A stretch of 64,000 nt of DNA from Spirochaetota bacterium (GTDB taxonomy: Bacteria; Spirochaetota; UBA4802; UBA5550): the NCBI GenBank assembly GCA_963664815.2, contig CAXXHB010000003.1:3200001-3264000 (forward strand), in the 5' to 3' direction. The translations under genes and the position numbers were made by a program. Below the pieces are notes generated by a model that had not been told where the DNA came from, did not search any database, and saw only the letters and a list, made by a program, of their open reading frames with translations. Shown one piece after another: positions 28,232 to 38,496 of the stretch (position 1 is its first letter; each line of letters opens with the position of its first letter).

Positions 28232-29329
28232 TTGGCAAAAAGAGATTATTACGAGATACTTGGCGTTGTTAAAACAGCCTCTGATCAGGAAATAAAACAG
28301 GCGTACAGGAAACTCGCGTTAAAATATCATCCGGATAAAAACAAGGGTAATAAAGAATCCGAAGAAATGTTCAAAGAAGCTACTGAAGCCTATGAAGTAC
28401 TCAGGGATCCGAAAAAACGCGCATCTTACGACAAATTCGGACATGAGGGTGTAGGTGGTTTTGAAAATTTCGGCCGTGGAGCATATTCCGATTTTTCAGA
28501 TATTTTCGGCAATGTAGACCTTGGCGATATATTTGAAGGTTTTTTCGGTTCGTCCTTCGGCAGAAGCGGATCAAAGAAAGCAAAAAGAGGTTCCGATTTA
28601 CAGTATGACATGACAATAACGCTTGAAGAAGCGGCATCAGGAAGCGAAATACAGATTGAAATACCAAGAAATGAAACATGTGAAACCTGCAGTGGTACCG
28701 GCTCCTCTTCAAAAACAAAACCCGCAGTATGCCCCACATGTAATGGGATGGGACAGGTCAGACAAACCCAGGGATTCTTCTCAATAACTCAGGCCTGCCC
28801 CAGGTGCCGTGGTGAGGGGAAAATTGTAACATCACCCTGCAAAGTCTGCAATGGATCAGGACTAACAAAGAAAAAAAGGACTATAACAGTAAAGATTCCG
28901 GCCGGTGTGGAATCCGGGTCACGGCTTAAAATTTCGGGAGAGGGTGAGCATGCCCCTAATGACGGAATTACCGGAGATCTTTATGTTGTTCTTCACATAA
29001 AAAAACATCCCAACTTTGACAGGCATGGTAATGATATACTGAGCGTCATAGACGTTTCATACCCGATCGTCTGCCTTGGCGGAGAAATTGAAGTGCCGAC
29101 CATTTATGGGAACAAGGTTAAAATGAAGCTTCCGCCGGGAACTGAAAACGGACAGGTATTCCGCCTGAAAGGCAACGGCATACCATATCTTGGATCATAT
29201 GGCAAAGGTGATCAACTGGTAAAAATAAATATCCTGGTGCCTAAAAAACTCACATCAAGGCAGAAGGAACTGCTCAAAGAATTTGCAAAACTCTCGGGAG
29301 AAAGTCCGGCGGGTGAGGATTTTTACTGA
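28232..29329 (+). CDS. dnaJ: Chaperone DnaJ
   Basis: HPD J-domain, four CxxCxGxG repeats; TTG start. Confidence 0.97.
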   Translation: MAKRDYYEILGVVKTASDQEIKQAYRKLALKYHPDKNKGNKESEEMFKEATEAYEVLRDPKKRASYDKFGHEGVGGFENFGRGAYSDFSDIFGNVDLGDIFEGFFGSSFGRSGSKKAKRGSDLQYDMTITLEEAASGSEIQIEIPRNETCETCSGTGSSSKTKPAVCPTCNGMGQVRQTQGFFSITQACPRCRGEGKIVTSPCKVCNGSGLTKKKRTITVKIPAGVESGSRLKISGEGEHAPNDGITGDLYVVLHIKKHPNFDRHGNDILSVIDVSYPIVCLGGEIEVPTIYGNKVKMKLPPGTENGQVFRLKGNGIPYLGSYGKGDQLVKINILVPKKLTSRQKELLKEFAKLSGESPAGEDFY

Positions 29330-29679
29330 AAACGAATAGGCTCTGTTGTATATTATCACCCTGCCCTTCATGGTTGCAGCAGGTGTCTTTTATGGAGACA
29401 ATAGTTATCTATATATTTATAAAATGTTTTATTATTGCATTAATTTGAAGAAATTCATCATTTGATTGATATAAAATAAAAGATGAAAATTTTTAAATCG
29501 TTTTTATCAAACCGCTTAATAATGAATGCTCTTTTCAGGTCAATTTTTATGAAATCCAGCCATTCATGCCTTTATTTACGGTGATATCAAAACGGCTGCT
29601 TAAAAAACATTATAAAACCATGCCCATTAATAATTAAGGGTATAGGTTTATAAAACAAAAGCTGCAACTGGAGAGATAG

Positions 29680-29967
29680 ATGATTCCAATAGTAGATTAC
29701 GGAAGCATTGCAATTGTTGTCCCAAAAGTAACTGCTGTTGGCAGTACTGTTTCCGAAGAAGGGAAACCAGGTTTTGAAGTATTTCTTTCCGGAATGGAGG
29801 AACCTATTGTTATCGGATTTGATACCGAGAAAGAAGCTTTTGATGCAAGAGAGGAACTGATCGCCATTATAGCACAATATCATTATGTAAAAGAGCTTGG
29901 TCCCGACTTTGATATCAGCGATTTCCTCGGTAAAGAAGAAAATGATGATGACATCAGTGAACATTAA
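29680..29967 (+). CDS. Small acidic hypothetical protein
   Basis: GGAG RBS; coherent 95-aa ORF upstream of the ECF sigma. Confidence 0.6.
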   Translation: MIPIVDYGSIAIVVPKVTAVGSTVSEEGKPGFEVFLSGMEEPIVIGFDTEKEAFDAREELIAIIAQYHYVKELGPDFDISDFLGKEENDDDISEH

Positions 29968-30070
29968 AAAATCGGGCAAACTCAGGAAAAAATAATGATA
30001 AAAAATGAATCTGAATCTGTAAAAAAAATTTTTTTCTTAAAATAATTATTGTAACCATAACAGGACAATC

Positions 30071-30643
30071 ATGTCACCTATAAATGATATAGAAATAATA
30101 AACAGAGTTATTGAAGGGGATAAAGAAGCCTTCACTATAATTGTTAAAAAATACCAGAATATGGTGTTTAAATATGTTTATTATCAGTTCAACAACTATG
30201 ACGAAGCACTCGATATTACACAGGATATATTTATAACTGTTATGGAAGCTCTACAATCATTCAGGCAGGAATCAAAGTTTTCCACATGGCTTTACAGTAT
30301 AATGGTAAACCATTGTAAAAACTACAGGAAGAAAATGAACAGGTACAGTACTGTTTCTCTGAAAATCCAGAGAGGTGAGGATGAAGTTGATCTTCAGCTT
30401 CAGGATTACAGGGAAAATCCTGAGGAAAAAGTAGTAAATGAAGATTCACTGCGGATAATAAAAGAAGAAATTGAGAAGCTGCCAGATGATTTTAAAGATA
30501 TTCTGACTCTCCGTGATATTGACGGTTTATCATATAATGAAATATCTGATATACTGGGAATAAACCTTTCCAATGTCAAAGTACGGATTCACAGAGGCCG
30601 CGAATATTTAAAAAACAGATTATATGCCAGAGGTTTAATATGA
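30071..30643 (+). CDS. ECF RNA polymerase sigma factor
   Basis: DITQDIF, FSTWLYSI, GLSYNEIS...VKVRIHRGR. Confidence 0.92.
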   Translation: MSPINDIEIINRVIEGDKEAFTIIVKKYQNMVFKYVYYQFNNYDEALDITQDIFITVMEALQSFRQESKFSTWLYSIMVNHCKNYRKKMNRYSTVSLKIQRGEDEVDLQLQDYRENPEEKVVNEDSLRIIKEEIEKLPDDFKDILTLRDIDGLSYNEISDILGINLSNVKVRIHRGREYLKNRLYARGLI

Positions 30644-31308
30644 CATTTAAGCATCTGAATTTTGAACAATTATCCGATTTAATAGACAACGAACTCCCCG
30701 ATCAACAGAAAGAATACTGTCTGTCACATATCACCATATGTGAAATATGCGGCAGGGAATATGAATCTTTGACTAAATGTTTATCTCTTTTATCAACTCT
30801 GAAAAATGAATGTATAACAATCCCTGATTTTTCAGAGCGTACAATAATGATATGCAGGTCCCGGGAAAGGAAGAAATTATTCATTAAAGCCATCCCGGCT
30901 ATTGCAGCCTCAGTGGTAATAATTGCAGGAGCGGGTTTTATCCGTACCGGTATTTTTAATAACGGGAGCTCTTATGTTGCAGCCAATTTGTCAGGACATA
31001 ATGAAACACAGAAAATAATTGAATCGATAAGCAACTCACATGGCAGAATTATTCAGATAGCACATTCTTATATTGACAGTGAATTTGATAAAAAATCCCT
31101 TGATACAATTGAACAAATATTACATAAAAATAACATAAAGCATGCAGTTATTGTGAATTCAGGAATGCTTATAAATCCTGCAACCGGGAATATGGAAGAT
31201 GTAAACTTTTATTACGGCAGCAGTCCTGTTTCGGATAATACTCTTTCAAAAAATAACAATTATTTTGCCACAGGAAACGGTAAAATACGCATAAGAATTT
31301 TCAAATAG
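30640..31308 (+). CDS. Zinc-finger anti-sigma factor
   Basis: HITICEIC (HxxxCxxC) plus TM helix; ATGA overlap with the sigma gene. Confidence 0.8.
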   Translation: MTFKHLNFEQLSDLIDNELPDQQKEYCLSHITICEICGREYESLTKCLSLLSTLKNECITIPDFSERTIMICRSRERKKLFIKAIPAIAASVVIIAGAGFIRTGIFNNGSSYVAANLSGHNETQKIIESISNSHGRIIQIAHSYIDSEFDKKSLDTIEQILHKNNIKHAVIVNSGMLINPATGNMEDVNFYYGSSPVSDNTLSKNNNYFATGNGKIRIRIFK

Positions 31309-31948
31309 ATTCCACCATCAATTCAAGGAAAGAATCCGTGTCATAAATAGCTCCGCCGCACACACCTCTGGATGAATATAAAGAGGCTTCATGCACCATC
31401 TCGTCATAATCTGCCTGTGCATCATGTATTTGATAAATATTATAACCTCTGTCAGATGCATCTCTTGCTGTTGTTTCAACACACTGGCTGGTAGCAAGAC
31501 CCGTTAATACCAGAGTTGAAATATTCATAGATTTAAGAATATTGTCTATATCCGATGAAGAAAATGGACTGAATGTTGTTTTGTCAACTATTATATCTTC
31601 GGGATCAGGTTTCAATTCATCAATTATATCTGCTGACAATTCAGTTTCAACAGGATAAACTCCGGCAAATCCTCTTGCCATTCCATCATCATAGGTTTTT
31701 TTAAAAAACCTGTGAAGATCTTTTCTTTCATAATCCTGCCCGCATAATCTCAGATAAATTACTGGCAGATTAAGCTCTTTAAATGATTTTTTTATTTTCA
31801 TAATATTAGGAATTATGATATTATATGAACGATCGCGAATATATGTAAGAGATCCCGGATACAGGGAATTAAAATACTCTGAGTATGCAGAATTACTTTC
31901 CAGATAATATTTCTGCATATCTACTATAACAAGGGCGAATCCTTTCAT
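31301..31948 (-). CDS. Isochorismatase-family cysteine hydrolase
   Basis: ALVIVDMQ, KTTFSPF, GLATSQCVETTARDA; likely start MKGFAL (ORF track extends to 32029). Confidence 0.88.
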   Translation of the reverse strand: MKGFALVIVDMQKYYLESNSAYSEYFNSLYPGSLTYIRDRSYNIIIPNIMKIKKSFKELNLPVIYLRLCGQDYERKDLHRFFKKTYDDGMARGFAGVYPVETELSADIIDELKPDPEDIIVDKTTFSPFSSSDIDNILKSMNISTLVLTGLATSQCVETTARDASDRGYNIYQIHDAQADYDEMVHEASLYSSRGVCGGAIYDTDSFLELMVESI

Positions 31949-32260
31949 ATAAACACCGTTATACCATATATTTTGAAAATGAAAAATCATTAATTTATTA
32001 ATTTTAATAATAATTTGAGCCTCCGTCAATAATTTTACTTGTAATCATTTCAGCGATTATAGTAATACTTAAGAGTGGCCATAAAACAGCATTTATATAA
32101 CAAAAGTAAACTCTGCAATGCATTCATGGGTCATTAACCGAAAGTTCAGGGTTAGTTATCCTGCCATAATGTATATGTCCGGATAATTAAGACAGTTTCT
32201 GCCCATTCAGCAGTTGAATCTCAGAATTTACTATCAAGAAATTTTCAAAAGGGTATAATC

Positions 32261-34405
32261 ATGTACACAATAAATCTTACAGTAACATTTATAAGTACTT
32301 TTCTTGTTTTGTTTTCTGCCCTTTTTGTACTTTATAAAAACAGAACCAGCCAGGCATGGCAGTTTTTTTTCATGTATAATTTCATTGCCACTGGAATTCC
32401 CGGATGCATTTTTCTCACTTACTTCATGCATAATTCCTCTGATCTTGTTATCTACAGCAAATTAAGTCAGGTTTTTGGTATACTCTTTTCCGCTTCTGTT
32501 TTAAATCTTTCTCTTACCTATCCCGGCAAAGATAAAAAAGTTCCTTTGTATATCCCTTTTCTGTTATCTCTCCCGGCTATTGTTTTTTCAATTTTCATCT
32601 TAACAACAGACCTCACAGTTAAAAGTGCCAGATTTGACAACTGGAAACTGATAAGAGATATGGGAGTGTTATATCCCTTATACTCCGCGATTTCATTGCT
32701 TTATTTTGTTACTAGCTGGATAATATTTATAATTAATTATATAAGAACAAAAGTAGAGACCTATAGGTTACAGATAAGATATGTTTTTCTCGCAACGTCT
32801 ATATTTTTAACTTTGGGATATATCGGATCAATTTTACTTCCGCTAATTGCCAACAATTACACATTTTATGCACTTGGGATTTCAAGCGCCTCTGTTGTTT
32901 CAACTATTACCCTCTTCTATTCGGTAATAGCATACAATATCATGGATATAAGAACTGCTATTCATAAAACTACAATGTATTTTGTGCTTAGTACTACTTT
33001 TTTTATCCCGGTTGCTATTATTATTTATCTTACAGAAAAGTTTAATAATTCACTGAATTTTCCCCCCGCAATCATTGCCGGATCGACAGTGATGTCTTTT
33101 ATTCTTTTTATATACCTCTTTCAGCCAGGAATAGACCGCGCTTTTAAAAGAAAAATTGCAGATATTGAAGATTTAACCAACAGATATATCCAGAAAGCCT
33201 CCAGATTAAAAACACTGGAAGAACTTGTTCAATCAAGTTCACTGGAACTTCACAACGCTCTGGGATTGGCACGTACGCTGTTTTTTATTTACGATGAAGA
33301 TACCAGAGGATTTAAAAAGTTTTTTGATACTTCCCCTTCTTTTGATGAAATAATAACAATCGACCGGCATTTTCCTCTTATTATATGGTTTGCAAGAAAT
33401 CAGGAAATACTCCCTCTCAACAGGGTCTATACTGATGATTTGTCATTTAAACCGATAAGAGAAGAAGTTTCAGGTTTTTACAACAGGTTTGGTATTGATG
33501 TCATACTTCCGATCTATTATGAAAACAGAATTTACGGAATGCTCTGCCTCGGGAGAAAGGAGAACATGAAATCAATCACTCCTGATGAGCTTTTAAAGCT
33601 TGAAGAATTCCGTATAAGATCAAACGATTTTATCATAACAACCCTTGCATATGATAAAGCAAAACAGGACCAGTTTATTTCCAGGAGTCTCGGCTTATCG
33701 GGAAGTATACTGCAAAGCTCTGCTGCAAATGCTTTACCCCAGATGAAAAACATGAAATTCGGTTCCTTAATAGCTCCGGGATACTCCAGAGGCGTAGATT
33801 ATTTTGATTTTCTCCAGCCTACAAAAAATACAATAGGGATTCTTTTTACTGATGTATCAGGTTTAGGTATAAACAATGCTCTTTATTCCGTTTTACTCCG
33901 GTCAGTTTTCCATTCATGTATAAATGAAGCAGCTTCTCCATACATCATTATCAAAAGAATAAACCTTGTTCTGCATGATTATACCAGGGGTAAAGGGGAG
34001 CTTGTAACCGCATTTTACGCTTTTTTTGATACAGAAACAAAAAGATTATTCTATTCCAATGCGGGATTTCCCCCTGCCGAGGTCTTCCGAATTGATAAAA
34101 ACGACTTCGACTCACTCGACACCGAGGGTTCTCCACTTGGTTACAAGCTTAATGCTGATTTTGGTCAGGGGCGCACTGAACTTAAAAGCGGGGATATTTG
34201 TATTATTTACTCCAAGTCATTTATTAACTCAAAAAACAGCGATAATGAGAGTTTTGGATTATTACGTTTAAGAAATATCATAAAGGAATCCAAATCAAAA
34301 CTCCCTGTTGATATTGTAAAAAACTTAAAAACCGGATATGAAAAATTCATGGGAATTGCCCTTCAGGGATCAGATATTACCCTTCTTGTAATAAAAATTA
34401 TTTAA
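32261..34405 (+). CDS. Membrane sensor with GAF-like and SpoIIE/PP2C-like domains
   Basis: N-terminal TM bundle, GMLCLGRK GAF-like motif, VDYFDF...DVSGLG...YSNAGF. Confidence 0.8.
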   Translation: MYTINLTVTFISTFLVLFSALFVLYKNRTSQAWQFFFMYNFIATGIPGCIFLTYFMHNSSDLVIYSKLSQVFGILFSASVLNLSLTYPGKDKKVPLYIPFLLSLPAIVFSIFILTTDLTVKSARFDNWKLIRDMGVLYPLYSAISLLYFVTSWIIFIINYIRTKVETYRLQIRYVFLATSIFLTLGYIGSILLPLIANNYTFYALGISSASVVSTITLFYSVIAYNIMDIRTAIHKTTMYFVLSTTFFIPVAIIIYLTEKFNNSLNFPPAIIAGSTVMSFILFIYLFQPGIDRAFKRKIADIEDLTNRYIQKASRLKTLEELVQSSSLELHNALGLARTLFFIYDEDTRGFKKFFDTSPSFDEIITIDRHFPLIIWFARNQEILPLNRVYTDDLSFKPIREEVSGFYNRFGIDVILPIYYENRIYGMLCLGRKENMKSITPDELLKLEEFRIRSNDFIITTLAYDKAKQDQFISRSLGLSGSILQSSAANALPQMKNMKFGSLIAPGYSRGVDYFDFLQPTKNTIGILFTDVSGLGINNALYSVLLRSVFHSCINEAASPYIIIKRINLVLHDYTRGKGELVTAFYAFFDTETKRLFYSNAGFPPAEVFRIDKNDFDSLDTEGSPLGYKLNADFGQGRTELKSGDICIIYSKSFINSKNSDNESFGLLRLRNIIKESKSKLPVDIVKNLKTGYEKFMGIALQGSDITLLVIKII

Positions 34406-34628
34406 CACTTTTTTAGTACAAATAAATGATTATATCTTGCCGCCGTTTTAGGCGGCTGTACAAATAGAACATTTTATATTATAAAAATTTCCAGTACTGT
34501 TATTAAAAAAAATACCTTTTTTTTAAACAAAAATTTGACATTTTTTAATTAGTTGAATACTTATTAATCAGGATTGTATATTTTCAAAGCTTAAAAAGAT
34601 CCAGATTTGATACTCAGGAGGATTCCCG

Positions 34629-34976
34629 ATGGGAAACAGAAAAGAAAGGGCTATGATGCCTGAACTGACAGATGAAATTACTCTTTGTAATGAATTGTTT
34701 TCAAAATGCTGCCATGATGAATTAAGAGAGATCGATAAACATGAAATTATTGTTAAAATCTGTCAGATAATCGGTTCAACTCCGGAAAACCTGTGTAAAG
34801 CAGAGGAAGTGTTTAATACCATTAAATATGACATAACAAAATATACTTTGCATCATGAATACTGCTCAGAAACAAAAAATCAGGTTAAACCTAAATTTTT
34901 ACTATGGCTGGACAGCAAAGCTGAGCCGCAGAAAGCCAGAGAGCTGTCGAATTTTCTTGATAAGTACCTGAAATAA
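34629..34976 (+). CDS. Hypothetical protein
   Basis: AGGAGG RBS, upstream TTGACA. Confidence 0.6.
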   Translation: MGNRKERAMMPELTDEITLCNELFSKCCHDELREIDKHEIIVKICQIIGSTPENLCKAEEVFNTIKYDITKYTLHHEYCSETKNQVKPKFLLWLDSKAEPQKARELSNFLDKYLK

Positions 34977-34979
34977 AGA

Positions 34980-35849
34980 GTGAATTTAAAAAAAATATTA
35001 CTTCACACCTGTTGTGCTCCATGCATTGGGTATGTTTATGAGATTTTAAAAGAAAAATTCATAGTGTCGGCATATTTCTATAATCCTAATATTATGCCGA
35101 CAGATGAATACAGGAAAAGATATGCCGAGTTGGAAACATACAGCAGGTTTAAAGGTTTTAATCTTATAACAGAAATTCCAGATGTAAAAAACTGGGTAAA
35201 TGAAATAAAAGAATTCCGTTATTATGGTGAATATACAGAACGATGCTGGAAGTGTTACGAAATCAGACTGGAAAGCACATTCAAAAAAGCCGTCGAATTA
35301 AAATTTGATTTAGTAGCTACTACTCTGTCTATAAGCCCCCACAAAAATGCTGCAAAAATCAATGAAATAGGTGAAAAACTTTCAAAAAAATACAGTATTG
35401 AGTTTTATTCTGCGGATTTTAAAAAAAATGACGGAGTAAGAAAATCTGTTGAAATATCAAAATTAAACAGTTTTTACAGACAGAATTACTGCGGATGTAT
35501 TTATTCAAAACTTGAAAAAGACAGTAAAAGTCCATGGTCGGAAAAAGCAAGAGAATTCAGACTGAAAAATTTATCAGCAGCAGGATCAGGTAATGATCTT
35601 TCTGAAATGCTTTCAGGTAACGAAATTGACCTGCACCATTTCCACCATTCAGACACAGCATTGCTTATAGAAAAATTCCTTGAAAACGCTGTTAATAAAA
35701 AATATAAAAATGTAAGAATCATCCATGGAAAAGGAAAATCTGTAAAAAAAAGACAGATACACGAAATTCTGAAAAGTCACCCATCCGTAATAGTATTTCA
35801 TGATGACTCAGGTAACTGGGGTGCGACTGTTATCACCCTTAAAATATAA
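34980..35849 (+). CDS. queH: Epoxyqueuosine reductase QueH with C-terminal Smr domain
   Basis: LLHTCCAPC, YNPNI, RC.KCY..RL, YRQNYCGC; C-terminal IDLHHF...IIHGKG...GNWGAT. Confidence 0.85.
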   Translation: MNLKKILLHTCCAPCIGYVYEILKEKFIVSAYFYNPNIMPTDEYRKRYAELETYSRFKGFNLITEIPDVKNWVNEIKEFRYYGEYTERCWKCYEIRLESTFKKAVELKFDLVATTLSISPHKNAAKINEIGEKLSKKYSIEFYSADFKKNDGVRKSVEISKLNSFYRQNYCGCIYSKLEKDSKSPWSEKAREFRLKNLSAAGSGNDLSEMLSGNEIDLHHFHHSDTALLIEKFLENAVNKKYKNVRIIHGKGKSVKKRQIHEILKSHPSVIVFHDDSGNWGATVITLKI

Positions 35850-35859
35850 AAAAATTTTT

Positions 35860-37662
35860 TTAAATTCCTGCAGGAACGAAATGCCACTTCCCCTTTTCAT
35901 CAAAAGATAAAAGCCGAAGTTCTATTTTTTCACCGGATTTATATATTTTATTATTGTTATTCATTCCGCAAAGTTCCAGTAAATTATCACTGTGATTAAG
36001 CAAACTCCCTGATACATTCTCAATATCTTCACTGTATACTTTTATTTCAAGCTTGGGAGAATCGAGCATCACATACAATCTTGTTTCTTTCATGCCGAGT
36101 ATTGTCCCCGGATGAAGCGGCCTTTTGTTAAATTCCAGCTCCAGTTCAATGTTAAATACTGAATCAAGCAGCAGTTGGTTGACAAAGCGATCTATTGACT
36201 TCTGTGTTTCTTTTGACCTGTTGGCGGAATTTATCACCTGTTCGCGGATCATCAGATCATCCTCGTCAGAATTCGGCACCTCAATACCGAGTTTTTCAAG
36301 CAGCTCCTTGTGTGAAAATATTCCGACAATTTCTCTCATAGGGGATGAGAATCGTCCATAAAGATTCACTTTAAGAGCAAAATGCTGTCCGGGATGTTCC
36401 GAGAAAAATGATCTCTGATTTGTTATAAGTATCTGGCGCTCTATTGTTTCAGTAATCCGTCCGGCATCACCATCCCTGGGAAGCCTTGCAAGATATTCTC
36501 CGGATGTTTCTTCACCCTTCTTCCATATCCAGCATTTATCCAGTAAATGAATATCAACTATTGAGTTAATCACTTTTTCAAGTCTGTTCAGGCTCGATTC
36601 ATCAGGGGCGCCATGTACCCTGAAAATGGGATGAATATGCAGGTCGTTCCCGTTACCTTCAGGCGCAAGGATTCCGGCACCGGCCATGTTGCATATAAGA
36701 GAAACCTGTTCATTCCAGCGGCTCGTATCGTTTCTTTCAGTTTCTTTAAATATAAAGCTGTTTCCATCCCCGTTTATACTTATTAAATTCTCAAATCTCT
36801 CGAAATTTATTACACCCCTCTTCTCCCCATTACAAGCCAGTATCCTTCCTGCCTCCTGAAGAAAAATAAGTGAAGATCTGAACTCTTCATTATTGATAAA
36901 ACTGCTTTCCATGCAGTTATAGAAATCCTGCACTCCGGTATAGGAAAGTTTTGCCCTGCTCAGAATTTTAGAGCGCAGCACTCTGTTTGAAACTATTTCT
37001 CCTGCCAGATCAATCTGAATGATAAAAACTATTGCCCTTCTTGAAACACCTTCATTGAGAGAAATTATTCCCTCTGATAATTCCGGCGGAAGCATCGGTA
37101 CAGTAAATCCCGGCAGATAGTAACTCGCCCCTCTTCTGATACTTTCCTTAAAAAGAGCGGAACCCGGTTTCACATAATATGAAGCGTCCGCTATAGCATA
37201 ATAAATTTCATAACCTGAAATGTTTTTCTCTACATATACTGCCTGATCCAGATCTTTTGATCCGTCATTATCAATGGTCACAAAAGGCAGTTTTGTATAA
37301 TCATGAAGAAGCGGATCATCAACTCCAGGATTCAGTACAATCTTTTCAACTTCCTTCATAACTTCATTCGGGAACAAAGGATTTATTCCGGTTCTTTCAA
37401 ATTCAAGCAGATACCTGTTAATTATCGACCCCTTTTTATAAACAGTATTTGACAATTCACTATATGAGTTACTTCTTTTGAAAAAAACAATATCACCTTC
37501 TTCCATAGATTTCTCATATTCATTATAGATCAGAAGATTTCCGTCACCAAACATCGGACGAAGCGAAATATACTTCCCTTTTCTTATACATATAGCTATT
37601 AAACATTCACTGTCTTTTATCTGATTCATACCCTTACCCGGCATTAAAATAATCATTTCCAA
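35860..37662 (-). CDS. RNB-domain (RNase II/R family) exoribonuclease
   Basis: TIDNDGSKDLDQA, AIADAS, HFAL....Y.RFSSPMR. Confidence 0.85.
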   Translation of the reverse strand: MEMIILMPGKGMNQIKDSECLIAICIRKGKYISLRPMFGDGNLLIYNEYEKSMEEGDIVFFKRSNSYSELSNTVYKKGSIINRYLLEFERTGINPLFPNEVMKEVEKIVLNPGVDDPLLHDYTKLPFVTIDNDGSKDLDQAVYVEKNISGYEIYYAIADASYYVKPGSALFKESIRRGASYYLPGFTVPMLPPELSEGIISLNEGVSRRAIVFIIQIDLAGEIVSNRVLRSKILSRAKLSYTGVQDFYNCMESSFINNEEFRSSLIFLQEAGRILACNGEKRGVINFERFENLISINGDGNSFIFKETERNDTSRWNEQVSLICNMAGAGILAPEGNGNDLHIHPIFRVHGAPDESSLNRLEKVINSIVDIHLLDKCWIWKKGEETSGEYLARLPRDGDAGRITETIERQILITNQRSFFSEHPGQHFALKVNLYGRFSSPMREIVGIFSHKELLEKLGIEVPNSDEDDLMIREQVINSANRSKETQKSIDRFVNQLLLDSVFNIELELEFNKRPLHPGTILGMKETRLYVMLDSPKLEIKVYSEDIENVSGSLLNHSDNLLELCGMNNNNKIYKSGEKIELRLLSFDEKGKWHFVPAGI

Positions 37663-37795
37663 TTACAGTATTTTCATAAATAATTATCAACCATTTTTAG
37701 TCAGCGACTTCATTAAGAACCTGGTTGTTAAAGAATTGACAATTATTATCAGGTATAATATATTATGTATTATACCTGATAATAATTGGTGATAA

Positions 37796-38365
37796 ATGGA
37801 ACTTCTCAAAAACAGAATTTTGAAAGATGGTCAGATAATTACAGATCAGATTTTAAGAGTTGATTCTTTCCTAAATCATCAGATAGACCCTGCCCTTGTC
37901 GATGAAATTGCAGCTGAATTTACATACAGATTTTCTGACTCGCATTTCAATAAAATTCTTACTGTTGAGTCATCAGGAATCGCTCCCGCCGTTTTAACCG
38001 GTCTCAAACTTTCAATTCCTGTAATTTTTGCAAAAAAAAGCAGACCATCAACGATGACTGAAGATACCTATTCAGCAACTGTACATTCATTCACAAAAAA
38101 TAGTGATTACGACATTTCAGTTTCCTCCAATTATATTAAAAAAGGGGACCAGTTTTTAATCATTGATGATTTTCTTGCTAACGGTAGCGCTTCCCGTGCT
38201 CTTATAAACATAGTCGAACAGAGTGGAGCAAAGGTCAACGGTATCGGGATAATAATTGAAAAAGGATTTCAGAATGGCGGTAAACTGATAAGAGAAATGG
38301 GATATAAACTGGTTTCCCTCGCCATAATAGACAGTATGAGTGAAAATAAAATACAATTCAGATGA
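37796..38365 (+). CDS. xpt: Xanthine phosphoribosyltransferase
   Basis: VDSFLNHQIDP, ESSGIAPA, IIDDFLANG, IEKGFQ.G. Confidence 0.93.
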   Translation: MELLKNRILKDGQIITDQILRVDSFLNHQIDPALVDEIAAEFTYRFSDSHFNKILTVESSGIAPAVLTGLKLSIPVIFAKKSRPSTMTEDTYSATVHSFTKNSDYDISVSSNYIKKGDQFLIIDDFLANGSASRALINIVEQSGAKVNGIGIIIEKGFQNGGKLIREMGYKLVSLAIIDSMSENKIQFR

Positions 38366-38496
38366 TAAATATATAAAACAATAAACATAATACGCCAATT
38401 CATTGCATGATCGGCAGATTTTTATTTAATGTTTGTTGCTGGTATCATATTATCCGGTTGTATAATTTGAATAAAAAAAACAGAGGGTGAAATACC

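Noticed and set aside
37663-38496. Purine riboswitch upstream of xpt or the BMP gene
   Set aside because: No recognisable purine aptamer core in either intergenic region.
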